From: Gemmatimonadaceae bacterium
GTDB taxonomy: Bacteria; Gemmatimonadota; Gemmatimonadetes; Gemmatimonadales; Gemmatimonadaceae
Direction: 5' to 3'
NCBI GenBank assembly: GCA_013813715.1
Contig: JACCRF010000148.1
Location: forward strand, 6,562-70,561
DNA length: 64,000 bases
The position numbers were made by a program, and so were the translations under genes. The notes under the pieces were generated by a model. It worked only from the letters and a program-made list of their open reading frames with translations. It was not told the origin of the DNA and did no database searches. Every line of letters starts with the position of its first letter. The first letter of the stretch is position 1. This document shows, piece after piece, positions 17,903 through 27,275 of the stretch.

Positions 17903-20752
17903 ATGAACAACACGCATTATGCGGGAGCCCTTTGTCTGCTCGCTTTCGCGGGTCTCGGTTCTGTCCCTTCCGCCGTCGGCGCGCAGACTTCGGCGTCGAT
18001 TACCGGTGCAGTGCGATCCGCTCACGGCGAGCCGGTGACCGCCGCAAGGGTTGCCTTCATGCCGCGCGAGCCAGCGAACGCTTCGCGGATCGAGGTCGCA
18101 AGCGATGCCGGCGGGCGATTCCGGCTCGAGATCCCGCCCTCGACTGAAGGGACAGTCGTCTTAACCGCCGTCGGCTTCGAGTCCGCGACAGTCACTCTTC
18201 TGCCGATCATTCCGGGCGCGTCGCGCGCGATCACCGTGGTTCTCACACCGGTGTTCGCCCTCGACGCAGTCACCGTCATCGCCGCGCCGGAGCGTCCGCT
18301 CCTCAATACGAGAGACGCGGTTACTGGCGGCTCCGTCGAGCGGGCTGAGCTGCAGAGTCTTCCCACAGACGCGCGCAACGCGCTCTCGCTCGCGTTCACG
18401 ATTCCGGGAGTGGCGCAGGCAACCGGTTTCTTTGGAGATGCTCCGCCGCTGTCGATCAACGGATCGAACTCGCTCTACACGCAGTACAGCGTCGATGGCC
18501 TCGACAACAACGAGGGGTTCCTTGGAGGGCCGCGCGTCGAGTTTCCGCTCGCTGGGATGCGCCGCCTCAGCGTACTCGCCAGTGGGTACTCCCCGGCCTG
18601 GGGGCGCAGCTCCAACGGAGTCGTCGATGTCGAGACGCGGGCCGGCACAGCACGGTGGAGCGGCGAAGTATTCGGCTACAACAGACCGGGCATACCGTTC
18701 GATGCCGAGCCGCGGTTCGCCGCCGCGGGCGTGGACCCGGATGGGTTTCGCCGGGCGCAAGTCGGCGCAACGATCGGCGGACCCGTGGCACGCGATCGGA
18801 GCTTCATTTTCGCAACGGCGGAGTACTCCAACGAGAGCGAAGACCGGATCGGCTCGACTGCGCAGACTCAGTTCCTTGGAACCGAGATGCGCGACACGTA
18901 CAAGCTGTTCGCGCGCGCCGACCACGGATGGTCGCGCTCGCAGACATCCACGCTGCGGTTCGCGGTGAGCGACGTCAGCCGAGCCGGACAAGGCGGCGGT
19001 ACAGTGGTTCCGGAAGCCGATATCACGACGCGGCGCGTCGGAGCCATTCATTCGCTCACTCACCTGACGGCGCTCCGCGGCGGCAGCGCCAGCAATGCGC
19101 TTTCCGTGCAGCTAGGCACATTTCGATGGTTCTTTCCGCCCACGCGGAGCAGCTTCGCAACGCCGCAGGTCACGATTCTGTCTCGGGATTCGCTGACGGT
19201 CGAGGCCGTCGTCGGATCCAGCAACTTCGTGTTCGACGAGCGAGAAACCCAGATTCAGCTGCGCAACGTGTTCGAGACGCGATTGACGCGAGCCCATTCT
19301 CTTCGCGTCGGCGCGGATGCGACAGCGAGCCGGTTTCGGCTCGACGCATCCGGTACGAACCCGCAGGGCGCGTACGCGGTCATCAACGACGGCAACATCA
19401 ATCCGTCGGGACGCTTCGTGTCGATCCGCGATGTACCGGCTGACGTGCGAGTGCTGAGCTTCACGATCGACGCCAACCCGCAGCGCGTAAACCTGACGCA
19501 GGCCCTGTACTCGGCGTTCATCGAAGATGTCTGGAAGGTGACGCCATCCCTCACCGCCAATGTCGGTCTCCGCTGGGACTACGACGACATCACCTCGCGC
19601 GGAGCGAGCAGCCCGGACCTCGACAACATTCAACCCCGGGTCAGCTTCAACTGGTACGCAACGCCCGCCAGCGTCGTGCGCGGAAGCGCCGGCATCTACG
19701 CTGGCAAGTTTCCGTACGCGGTCTATTCGGACGCCGTCCAGTTCGGCGCCGACGGGAACGCTGTCGTGACTTTCCGCGGGAGCGAGTTCCCCCCGCCGCG
19801 CTTCGGTGAAGGTTTCACTACGAGCCAGCTTTTTGCGTTGCGAGGAATGTTCCCGCCTCGCGAAATTCGCGAGACGTTCGCGCTCGGTCTGGAGCAACCC
19901 GAGAGCCGACAGCTCTCGCTCGGCTACCAGCGTCAGTATGGAAAGTCGTGGGGACTCTCGGTGGACGCCGTATGGGTCGGAACGCGTCACCTTCCGCGCT
20001 CGTGGGATCTCAACCCGAACCTGCGTCCCCGGACGGCCGCCGATTCCCTCAACCAGGCGCCGGAAGCGGGCGATCGTTTCCGTCCGACCGCGGCCGCGGC
20101 CGGATCGTTCAGGCGACTGACGACGACCGAGTCGGGAGGGCGAAGCAGCTACGCGGGATTGCAGACAAACATGCGTCGGCGGGCGAGCGAGAAAACCGGA
20201 ATGGAAGCCACCTGGGTCTGGTCGCGCTCACAAAACGACACGGAAGACATCAACTTCAACGCATCGTACGCCAACGACTTCGATGCCGAGTGGGCCGACG
20301 CGATCAACGACCGCCGCCACAAGCTATCGATTCGCGGGATCCATGAAATTCTGCCGCGACTTCGTGTCACGGGCATCGCTGACTTCCAAACAGGAACTCC
20401 GGTCAACAGGATTGCGTTCTTCCGCGACCTCGACGGCTCGGGCCCGGTGTTCGGCAACGGATTCGTGGGGAATCACGATCGCTTTCCTGGAGTTCCGCGG
20501 AATGGAGAGCGATTGCCGAGCGCCACGCAGATCGCGGCGGCGCTCGATTACGGAGTGCCGGTCGGGCTCGGCAACCTGGCCCTGCGCGCCGACGTCTTCA
20601 ACCTGTTCAACTCTCGCGTCGTGACCGGATTCGCGAATGGAATTCCAGGCGGCGGACCGCGAACCCAGGTGGGGCGGTTTGGCGATCCGATCGTGTTTCA
20701 GAGCGCGGGTCCGTCGCGGCAGCTTCAGTTCTCGGCGCGGTACACGTTCTAG
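17903..20752 (+). CDS. TonB-dependent outer-membrane receptor (Oar-like, with N-terminal carboxypeptidase-regulatory domain)
   Basis: Signal peptide, SITGAVRS..G.PV..A.V, plug region (SINGS..YSVDGLDNN), NVGLRWDY, C-terminal QLQFSARYTF. Confidence 0.92.
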   Translation: MNNTHYAGALCLLAFAGLGSVPSAVGAQTSASITGAVRSAHGEPVTAARVAFMPREPANASRIEVASDAGGRFRLEIPPSTEGTVVLTAVGFESATVTLLPIIPGASRAITVVLTPVFALDAVTVIAAPERPLLNTRDAVTGGSVERAELQSLPTDARNALSLAFTIPGVAQATGFFGDAPPLSINGSNSLYTQYSVDGLDNNEGFLGGPRVEFPLAGMRRLSVLASGYSPAWGRSSNGVVDVETRAGTARWSGEVFGYNRPGIPFDAEPRFAAAGVDPDGFRRAQVGATIGGPVARDRSFIFATAEYSNESEDRIGSTAQTQFLGTEMRDTYKLFARADHGWSRSQTSTLRFAVSDVSRAGQGGGTVVPEADITTRRVGAIHSLTHLTALRGGSASNALSVQLGTFRWFFPPTRSSFATPQVTILSRDSLTVEAVVGSSNFVFDERETQIQLRNVFETRLTRAHSLRVGADATASRFRLDASGTNPQGAYAVINDGNINPSGRFVSIRDVPADVRVLSFTIDANPQRVNLTQALYSAFIEDVWKVTPSLTANVGLRWDYDDITSRGASSPDLDNIQPRVSFNWYATPASVVRGSAGIYAGKFPYAVYSDAVQFGADGNAVVTFRGSEFPPPRFGEGFTTSQLFALRGMFPPREIRETFALGLEQPESRQLSLGYQRQYGKSWGLSVDAVWVGTRHLPRSWDLNPNLRPRTAADSLNQAPEAGDRFRPTAAAAGSFRRLTTTESGGRSSYAGLQTNMRRRASEKTGMEATWVWSRSQNDTEDINFNASYANDFDAEWADAINDRRHKLSIRGIHEILPRLRVTGIADFQTGTPVNRIAFFRDLDGSGPVFGNGFVGNHDRFPGVPRNGERLPSATQIAAALDYGVPVGLGNLALRADVFNLFNSRVVTGFANGIPGGGPRTQVGRFGDPIVFQSAGPSRQLQFSARYTF

Positions 20753-20822
20753 TGCGACACCTGACCGCTGCCCTCTTGGGTTCATCGCGGAACTCCCGGA
20801 TGGTGGAGCCTTGAATTGCGGC

Positions 20823-22034
20823 GTGAAGAACCCAATCTTGCTCGCGGCGGCCCTGTCGAGCTGGGCGTGCAGTGGCGAGCCACCGCCTCCTCACATCTCG
20901 GGCGCTCTTGCATGGGACAGCGTCGAGGCACGTGCTCGCGGGAGCACAGTGCAATGGCGGATGTGGCGCGGCGATCCATCGATCAACGGCTACGTCGACC
21001 GGTGGGTTGCGCCTCGCCTGCGTCAGCGCTACGGGATCATCTTGAAAACGGTAGACGGGCGAGGACCCGAGATCGTGAACCAGTTGACCGTCGAGCGCGA
21101 CGCACGCGCGAACGGTTCGGCTGATCTCGTATGGATCAACGGTGAAACGTTCAACAACCTGCGGAAAGAGGCGCTGCTGTGGGGACCGTGGGCTCACCGT
21201 CTTCCGCACGCACTGTACGTTGACAGTCTGTCCGCGATCGTCATGAGAGACTTCGAGCAGCCGACAGGCGGCTGGGAGTCACCATGGGGGCGGGTACAGT
21301 TCACACTCATATACGATTCGGCGCGTGTATTGAGGCCGCCGCAGACCGTACCCGCGCTCGAGAATTGGATCCGCGCGAATCCGGGACGCTTTACCCACGA
21401 TCAGCAGTTCACCGGCACGACTTTTCTCAAGTCGCTGATGTACGCGCTGGGCGGGGGCGCCGTTGTTTTTCAGGGTGGCTTCAGCGAGGAGCGCTACAGG
21501 GCAGGGAGTCAGCGCGTGTGGAGCTGGCTCGACGGCGTGCGCCCCTCTTTCTGGAGGCGCGGCGCGACATATCCGGCGGGAGTTGCCGACCTTCATCGGT
21601 TGTTCGCCAACGGCGAGGTGGATTTCACGATGTCGTACAACCAGAACGAGGTGATCACTAAGGTCCGGCAGGGCGTGCTGCCGGCGACATCGCGAGCCAT
21701 CGTGCTGCGGGAAGGCAGCATCGCCAACACTCACTATGTCGGGATTCCGTTCAACGCCCGCAACCCGGCGGGAGCCATGGTTGTCGCAAACCTCCTGCTG
21801 TCGCCTGAAGCGCAGCTCGAGAAACTGCGCCCGGAAGTCTGGGCGGACGGAACTGTGCTCGATCTGCGGAAGATGCCGCCGGAACTCAGCGACAGCTTTC
21901 GCGTGCTTATGGACGATCCGCGCGGGGTTCCGCACGACACGCTGCTGCGCTATCAGGTTCCCGAGGTAGCTCCGGAGTACACCGAGCGACTGTCTCGCGA
22001 CTGGAGGTCACGAATTCGCGCGAATACCAGGTGA
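20823..22034 (+). CDS. ABC transporter substrate-binding lipoprotein (YnjB-like)
   Basis: Lipobox SSWAC; ADLVWINGETF, ESPWGRVQFTLIYD, NPGRFT..FTGTTFLK, NTHYVGIPFNA..GAMVVANLLLSPEAQ. TTG 20811 is an alternative start. Confidence 0.88.
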   Translation: MKNPILLAAALSSWACSGEPPPPHISGALAWDSVEARARGSTVQWRMWRGDPSINGYVDRWVAPRLRQRYGIILKTVDGRGPEIVNQLTVERDARANGSADLVWINGETFNNLRKEALLWGPWAHRLPHALYVDSLSAIVMRDFEQPTGGWESPWGRVQFTLIYDSARVLRPPQTVPALENWIRANPGRFTHDQQFTGTTFLKSLMYALGGGAVVFQGGFSEERYRAGSQRVWSWLDGVRPSFWRRGATYPAGVADLHRLFANGEVDFTMSYNQNEVITKVRQGVLPATSRAIVLREGSIANTHYVGIPFNARNPAGAMVVANLLLSPEAQLEKLRPEVWADGTVLDLRKMPPELSDSFRVLMDDPRGVPHDTLLRYQVPEVAPEYTERLSRDWRSRIRANTR

Positions 22035-22876
22035 AAGGGCAACGATTCGGATTGTTCGCGGCGGTTCTCGTCGCCAGTCCGGTCATCGCGGGCATCGTGT
22101 ACTCCGTGCTCGGCGCGATCGGCATTGCTGGTTCTGGTCGCGACGGCCCCTCGCTCGATCACGTCAGCAACGTTATCGCTGACGGTGCGACGTGGACCGG
22201 TCTCATGTGGACCCTCTGGGTGGCGTTCGCTTCGACAGCCCTCGCCCTTGTTCTCGCTATAGTCGTTGCGATGGTTCTGCGCGGGGACCGCCGGATCGAT
22301 CGACTGGCGCGCACGTTCGCAATTGTCCCGCTGCCTTTTCCGCACGTCGTTGCCGCTCTATGTGCGGTACTCTTCCTATCCCAGAGTGGAATGCTCTCCC
22401 GGCTGGCATACAGCGCTGGCATCTACGCATCTCCGGGCGACATGCCGGCGCTGGTATACGATCGCTGGGGAATCGGGCTCATTATCGCGCTGACGTGGAA
22501 GGAGTTTTCGTTCCTCGTCTTCATCGCCTTCTCGGTTCTGGCGCGTAGGGGCGCTATCCTGGAGGAAACGGCGCGAAGCCTGGGTGCGGGAACGATCCGG
22601 ACCTTTCGCGTGGCGACGCTGCCAGCATTGTGGCGCGGGCTGCTGCCCTCGGCGATCGCCGTCTTCACATTTGTGGCCGGCAACTATGAAGCGACAGTTC
22701 TGCTCGCGCCGAGCTCTCCGCTAGCTCTGCCGCTGCTTACAATGGAGAGCCATACTGACCCGTCGCTCGAAAGAAGAGGCGAGGCGTACGTGCTGGTTCT
22801 CATCGCCGCGATCGTGAGTGTGTGCGCCGTAGTGGTTCACGAGTGGGTCGCTAACCGTGTCGAGGTCGTGGAATGA
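22031..22876 (+). CDS. ABC transporter permease (YnjC-like, first half)
   Basis: Six TM segments, EAA loop EETARSLGA; GTGA overlap. Confidence 0.9.
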   Translation: MKGQRFGLFAAVLVASPVIAGIVYSVLGAIGIAGSGRDGPSLDHVSNVIADGATWTGLMWTLWVAFASTALALVLAIVVAMVLRGDRRIDRLARTFAIVPLPFPHVVAALCAVLFLSQSGMLSRLAYSAGIYASPGDMPALVYDRWGIGLIIALTWKEFSFLVFIAFSVLARRGAILEETARSLGAGTIRTFRVATLPALWRGLLPSAIAVFTFVAGNYEATVLLAPSSPLALPLLTMESHTDPSLERRGEAYVLVLIAAIVSVCAVVVHEWVANRVEVVE

Positions 22877-23670
22877 CGGCGACGCGAACTCTCGTTCGCG
22901 GGAGCGTCGTGACCGCACTGGCGGTATCGGCGGTAATTCCAGCCGCGTTTCTTATTGCGTTATCGGTGAGCGAGGAGTGGTTCTATCCGTCGCTTCTGCC
23001 CCGGCGCTGGAGCATCGACCGCTGGGCGCTGGCCGTGCGCACCGGCGAAGTGCTGGCCGGGTCTCTGTGGACGAGCACCGCTCTGGCTCTTGGTGCGGGA
23101 CTGACGTCAGCCGTCGCCGGCCTCGCCGCGGGCCGAGCGATTTCGCGGTTGCGGGGCTGGCGACGCCGGGTCGCCGTGTCGCTCGCATTCCTTCCAGTGG
23201 CCGTCCCGCCGCTGGCGCTCGCCGTCGGGTTGCAATACTCGATGCTTCGCATCGGCTTGGGCGGAAGCTTCGCCGGCGTGATGTTCGCCCATTTCGTGCC
23301 CGCGCTTGGATACGCGACGCTCTTCTTCATCGGTATTTTCGCCGTCTACGACATGCGTGCGGAGGATGAAGCGCGATCACTCGGAGCGAACCAGCGTGAC
23401 GTGCTCAAGCGCGTGACGCTCCCGCTGTTGCGCCGGCCCCTAATCGAGGCGTTCGCCCTGGGTTTTCTGGTTTCCTGGGCGCAGGTTCCGCTCACACTGC
23501 TGATCGGTCAGGGGCTCGTGATAACGTTGCCGGTCGAACTGATGTCGTATGTGAGTGCCGGCCAGGATCACCTCGCGGCGACGGCCGGTCTCATTCTGAC
23601 GATTCCGCCTCTCGTGCTGCTGGCAGTGACCGGAATGGCGGTGCGCCGGCTCAGCGTGGTGGTCGTCTGA
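22873..23670 (+). CDS. ABC transporter permease (YnjC-like, second half)
   Basis: EAA loop EDEARSLGA..VTLPLLR; ATGA overlap. Confidence 0.9.
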   Translation: MTATRTLVRGSVVTALAVSAVIPAAFLIALSVSEEWFYPSLLPRRWSIDRWALAVRTGEVLAGSLWTSTALALGAGLTSAVAGLAAGRAISRLRGWRRRVAVSLAFLPVAVPPLALAVGLQYSMLRIGLGGSFAGVMFAHFVPALGYATLFFIGIFAVYDMRAEDEARSLGANQRDVLKRVTLPLLRRPLIEAFALGFLVSWAQVPLTLLIGQGLVITLPVELMSYVSAGQDHLAATAGLILTIPPLVLLAVTGMAVRRLSVVVV

Positions 23671-24713
23671 ACGACATCGCTCTCCGCCTGAGCGGACTCA
23701 CGCTCCGTTACGACAGCGAGGTCGTCGTCCGGAACATCGACCTCGAGGTGCGACGTGGCGAGCGCTTCGTGCTCGTGGGCCCGTCCGGCGCCGGGAAGAC
23801 GACACTCCTGCGCGCGATCGCCGGATTTGGCGACCTAGTTGAAGGAGGCATCGAGATTTCCGGTCGCGACGTGACCGGGGTCCCAACGGAGAAGCGCAAC
23901 GCCGTCTATATGCATCAGTCGCCCGTCCTCTTTCCCCACCTCTCGGTTTTCGAGAACGTCGCGTTTCCTCTTCGAGTTCGGCGGACACCCGCGAGCGAGA
24001 TAGCCTCGCGCGTTGGGAACTCACTGGACGCGATGCGGCTCACGGGCCTGGCGGCCCGCATTCCACGAACGCTTAGCGGCGGTCAGCGGCATCGCGTTGC
24101 GCTTGCGCGGGCGATCGTGGCGAGGCCGGATCTGCTGCTTCTGGACGAACCGTTGGCTGGCCTTGATCCCGCGCTCAAGAGCGAGGTACGCGAAGCTGTT
24201 CGCGAAGCACACGGGCAGTACGGTCCTGCCTTCGTTCTCGTCACTCACGATTTCGCGGACGCTGCTCTGATCGCAGACCGGATCGGAGTGCTGATCGACG
24301 GCCAACTCGCGCAGGTCGCGACTCCGTCGGAGTTGTTCGCGCGGCCGGCGTCGCTCCGTGTGGCCCGGTTTCTCGCCGTGGCTAACGAGATTCCGGGTCA
24401 CGCCGATGGCGCTGGCGGTTTTCGCTCGGCGCTGGGTACGCTCGGAGGCGTGTGCGACGGCCTGCCATCAGGACCGGCCCTCGCTGTCTTCAGGCCGGCC
24501 GGCGTGCGGATCGGCGGGAATAACGGGTTTCCAGGGCGGGTATCGGCAATTCGCGTTCGTCCCGAGCACACCACGATGATGATGTCGACGGTTGTAGGCC
24601 CGATGGAGGTCGCACTGCCGGCGAGCTTCGAAGGTCCTTCAAAAGGCGACGAGCTGACGATGTCGCTCGATCCTCGGCAGGTCGTCGTGTTCCCATTGGA
24701 CGCGAGAGAGTAA
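23667..24713 (+). CDS. ABC transporter ATP-binding subunit (YnjD/PotA-like, TOBE domain); probable CTG start
   Basis: GPSGAGKT, LSGGQ, LLLLDEP, VTHD. The N-terminal strand LRLSGLTLRY..VRNIDLEV lies upstream of the first canonical start (23748), which points to CTG 23667. Confidence 0.9.
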   Translation: MNDIALRLSGLTLRYDSEVVVRNIDLEVRRGERFVLVGPSGAGKTTLLRAIAGFGDLVEGGIEISGRDVTGVPTEKRNAVYMHQSPVLFPHLSVFENVAFPLRVRRTPASEIASRVGNSLDAMRLTGLAARIPRTLSGGQRHRVALARAIVARPDLLLLDEPLAGLDPALKSEVREAVREAHGQYGPAFVLVTHDFADAALIADRIGVLIDGQLAQVATPSELFARPASLRVARFLAVANEIPGHADGAGGFRSALGTLGGVCDGLPSGPALAVFRPAGVRIGGNNGFPGRVSAIRVRPEHTTMMMSTVVGPMEVALPASFEGPSKGDELTMSLDPRQVVVFPLDARE

Positions 24714-24881
24714 CGGCTTCGGGGGAAGGCCAACCGAAAACGTCACTGGTGAGAGACGCCAGAAGCATACTCGCGCCGGTGCCTCCGTCTTCTCTAGCCC
24801 GTGTATTTCTTGGTTCCGTCGTTCGGCACTCCTTTCGAAGCGGGGGGCCGAGCTCCGAGCCAATCTGTATATTCAAGAACG

Positions 24882-27275
24882 ATGACGGCCTCAGCGATCC
24901 CGGTCAGCCAGATGTTCGGCGATCGTTATACCATCGAGCGCGTGCTCGGCCAGGGCGGCATGGCAACCGTGCACCTCGCCGAAGAGCGAAAGCATCGGCG
25001 CAAGGTCGCCATAAAGATTCTCAGAAGGGAGCTGAGCGCCTCCGTCAGCGCAGCGCGTTTTCTGAGAGAGATTGGGATCGCGGCCCGTCTCTCCCATCCG
25101 CACATCGTGCCGCTCATAGATTCCGGCGAATCGCACGGCGTACTGTACTACGTCTCGCCTTTCGTTCCAGGCGGCTCGCTTCGCGATCGACTCGATCGCG
25201 AGAAGCCGCTCCCGGTTGACGACGCGATCCGAATCGCTACCGAGATCGGTGCCGCGCTCGACTACGCGCACCGCAACGGCTTCGTACACCGCGACGTCAA
25301 ACCGGCGAACATCCTCTTCGCCGACGGCCACGCACTGCTCGCTGATTTCGGCATTGCCTACATGTGCGCGGCATCGGGCGCGGAGGCCCTGACCCAGGGT
25401 GGTCTTGCAGTAGGAACGCCCGAATACATGAGTCCCGAGCAAGCGGCGGGCGAAAGCGAGATCGGCAATCCCGGAGACATCTACTCGCTCGCGTGCGTCG
25501 TCTACGAAATGCTGGCGGGGGAACCTCCACTGCGCGGAACGAGCGCGCGTTCGACGATGGCGAAGCAGGTAACAGAGCGGCCGCGCCCGCTCCGGGCGCT
25601 ACGGCCCGATGCGCCAGGTGGCGTAGACCAGGTGCTTGCTCAGGCGCTGGCGAAGGATCCGGCCCAGCGCTTTGCGACTGTATCGGAGTTCATCTCTGCT
25701 CTCCGGCGCGGAAAGCGGTCGCCAGCTCCGCGATCAGCCGCCGCAATACGCAGCATCGCCGTTCTCCCGTTCGTCAACGCCAGCCCGGACGCCGACAACG
25801 AGTACCTGAGCGACGGCATCACCGACGAGCTGATCAACGCACTCGCAAAGGTGGATGGCCTGAGAGTCGCGTCACGCACCTCCGTGTTCGCGCTCAAGGG
25901 GAAGCCGCTCGACGTCCGCGCGATCGGAGCGCTACTCGAGACTTCGGAAGTGCTCGAGGGGACGGTGCGCCGCTCGGGCCAGAATCTCAGGATAACGGCG
26001 CAGCTCACGTCGGCCGCGGACGGCCGTCTTGTCTGGTCGCGCCGGTACGATCGGGAGCTCGACGACGTGTTCGCGATCCAGGACGAGATCGCGCGCACGA
26101 TCGTGACGACCCTTCAGGCGAATTCTTTCGGTGATAGCACTGAACCGGCGCCCGTGACATCGGCGCCACCGATCATCGGGAGCGTTGCGGCACCGCCCCT
26201 CGTGAGCGATTTGGGGCGTGGAAAGGTCGACCAGTTCACCGCGCTCGATATCCTTTTGGAGAACATGACCAGCCAGCGCACGGAGAATGTCCACGCATAC
26301 GGGCTCTATCTCCGCGGCCGCTACGCGTGGAACAAGCGCACGCAGGAAGGAGTCTCCGAGGGCATCCAGTATTTCGAGCAGGCAATCGCTGCCGATCCGA
26401 ACTACGCGCTGGCTTACACCGGGCTCGCTGATTCATACGCACTTCACGTCGACTACCGCAACGTTCCCGTCCATGAGGGCTTCGAGCGTGCGAAGTTGTA
26501 CGCTCGAAAAGCGCTCGAGCTCGACGACTCGGTGGCCGAAGCACACGCGTCGCTGGCGTGGAGTCTTTTCATATACGACTGGGACTGGGACGGCGCGACA
26601 CGTCAGTTTCGCCGCGCGATCGAGATCGATCCGCGTTACGCCACGGCTCATCAGTGGTACAGCTTTCTGCTCGCGTCGCGGGGCCGGCTGGAGGAAGCAT
26701 TGGTTGAGGCGCACACCGCCCAGGAGCTCGATCCGGCCTCGGTCTCGGTGCGTCGCAGTCTGGGCTATGTCTATCTCTACGCGCGGAGGTACGAGCAGGC
26801 GAGCTACCATTTGACGCGGGCGATAGCAATGAATCCAACCGCCGAGGAGAGCTATCGTGTGCATGGGCTCATCCTCGCGCTGGACGGGCAGATTGCTGAA
26901 GCCGAGCGCGTGCTGGGCGAAGCGCTCGAGCTCGCGGGAGAGGGAACGTACTCAAAGGTGACGCTCGCCTACGCGCTTGCGAAGGGCGGAAACTCGAGTT
27001 ACGCCAGTGAACTACTGAAAGAGCTGACGGCCAAGCTCGAGCGCGACTACGTCTCACCTGTCGAGCTTGCGACGCTGCACATCGCGCTCGGCGACGCGCA
27101 GGCCGCCATTGACTGGGCCGACCACGCCTATGAAGAGCGGCGCGGATGGGTTGCATATCTCGGTGTGCATCCGGTGGTCGATCCGCTGAGAGGCGTGCCG
27201 CGGTTCGAAGCGCTCATGGCAAAGGTCGGGGTAGCCGGTCAGAGCGTGACGGCGTTACGGCCGGATTCTCCCTGA
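24882..27275 (+). CDS. Ser/Thr protein kinase with TolB-N-like domain and TPR repeats
   Basis: GQGGMA, VAIK, HRDVKPAN, DFG, GTPEYMSPEQ; SIAVLPFVNAS..EYLSDGITDELI; TPR C-terminus. Confidence 0.95.
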   Translation: MTASAIPVSQMFGDRYTIERVLGQGGMATVHLAEERKHRRKVAIKILRRELSASVSAARFLREIGIAARLSHPHIVPLIDSGESHGVLYYVSPFVPGGSLRDRLDREKPLPVDDAIRIATEIGAALDYAHRNGFVHRDVKPANILFADGHALLADFGIAYMCAASGAEALTQGGLAVGTPEYMSPEQAAGESEIGNPGDIYSLACVVYEMLAGEPPLRGTSARSTMAKQVTERPRPLRALRPDAPGGVDQVLAQALAKDPAQRFATVSEFISALRRGKRSPAPRSAAAIRSIAVLPFVNASPDADNEYLSDGITDELINALAKVDGLRVASRTSVFALKGKPLDVRAIGALLETSEVLEGTVRRSGQNLRITAQLTSAADGRLVWSRRYDRELDDVFAIQDEIARTIVTTLQANSFGDSTEPAPVTSAPPIIGSVAAPPLVSDLGRGKVDQFTALDILLENMTSQRTENVHAYGLYLRGRYAWNKRTQEGVSEGIQYFEQAIAADPNYALAYTGLADSYALHVDYRNVPVHEGFERAKLYARKALELDDSVAEAHASLAWSLFIYDWDWDGATRQFRRAIEIDPRYATAHQWYSFLLASRGRLEEALVEAHTAQELDPASVSVRRSLGYVYLYARRYEQASYHLTRAIAMNPTAEESYRVHGLILALDGQIAEAERVLGEALELAGEGTYSKVTLAYALAKGGNSSYASELLKELTAKLERDYVSPVELATLHIALGDAQAAIDWADHAYEERRGWVAYLGVHPVVDPLRGVPRFEALMAKVGVAGQSVTALRPDSP

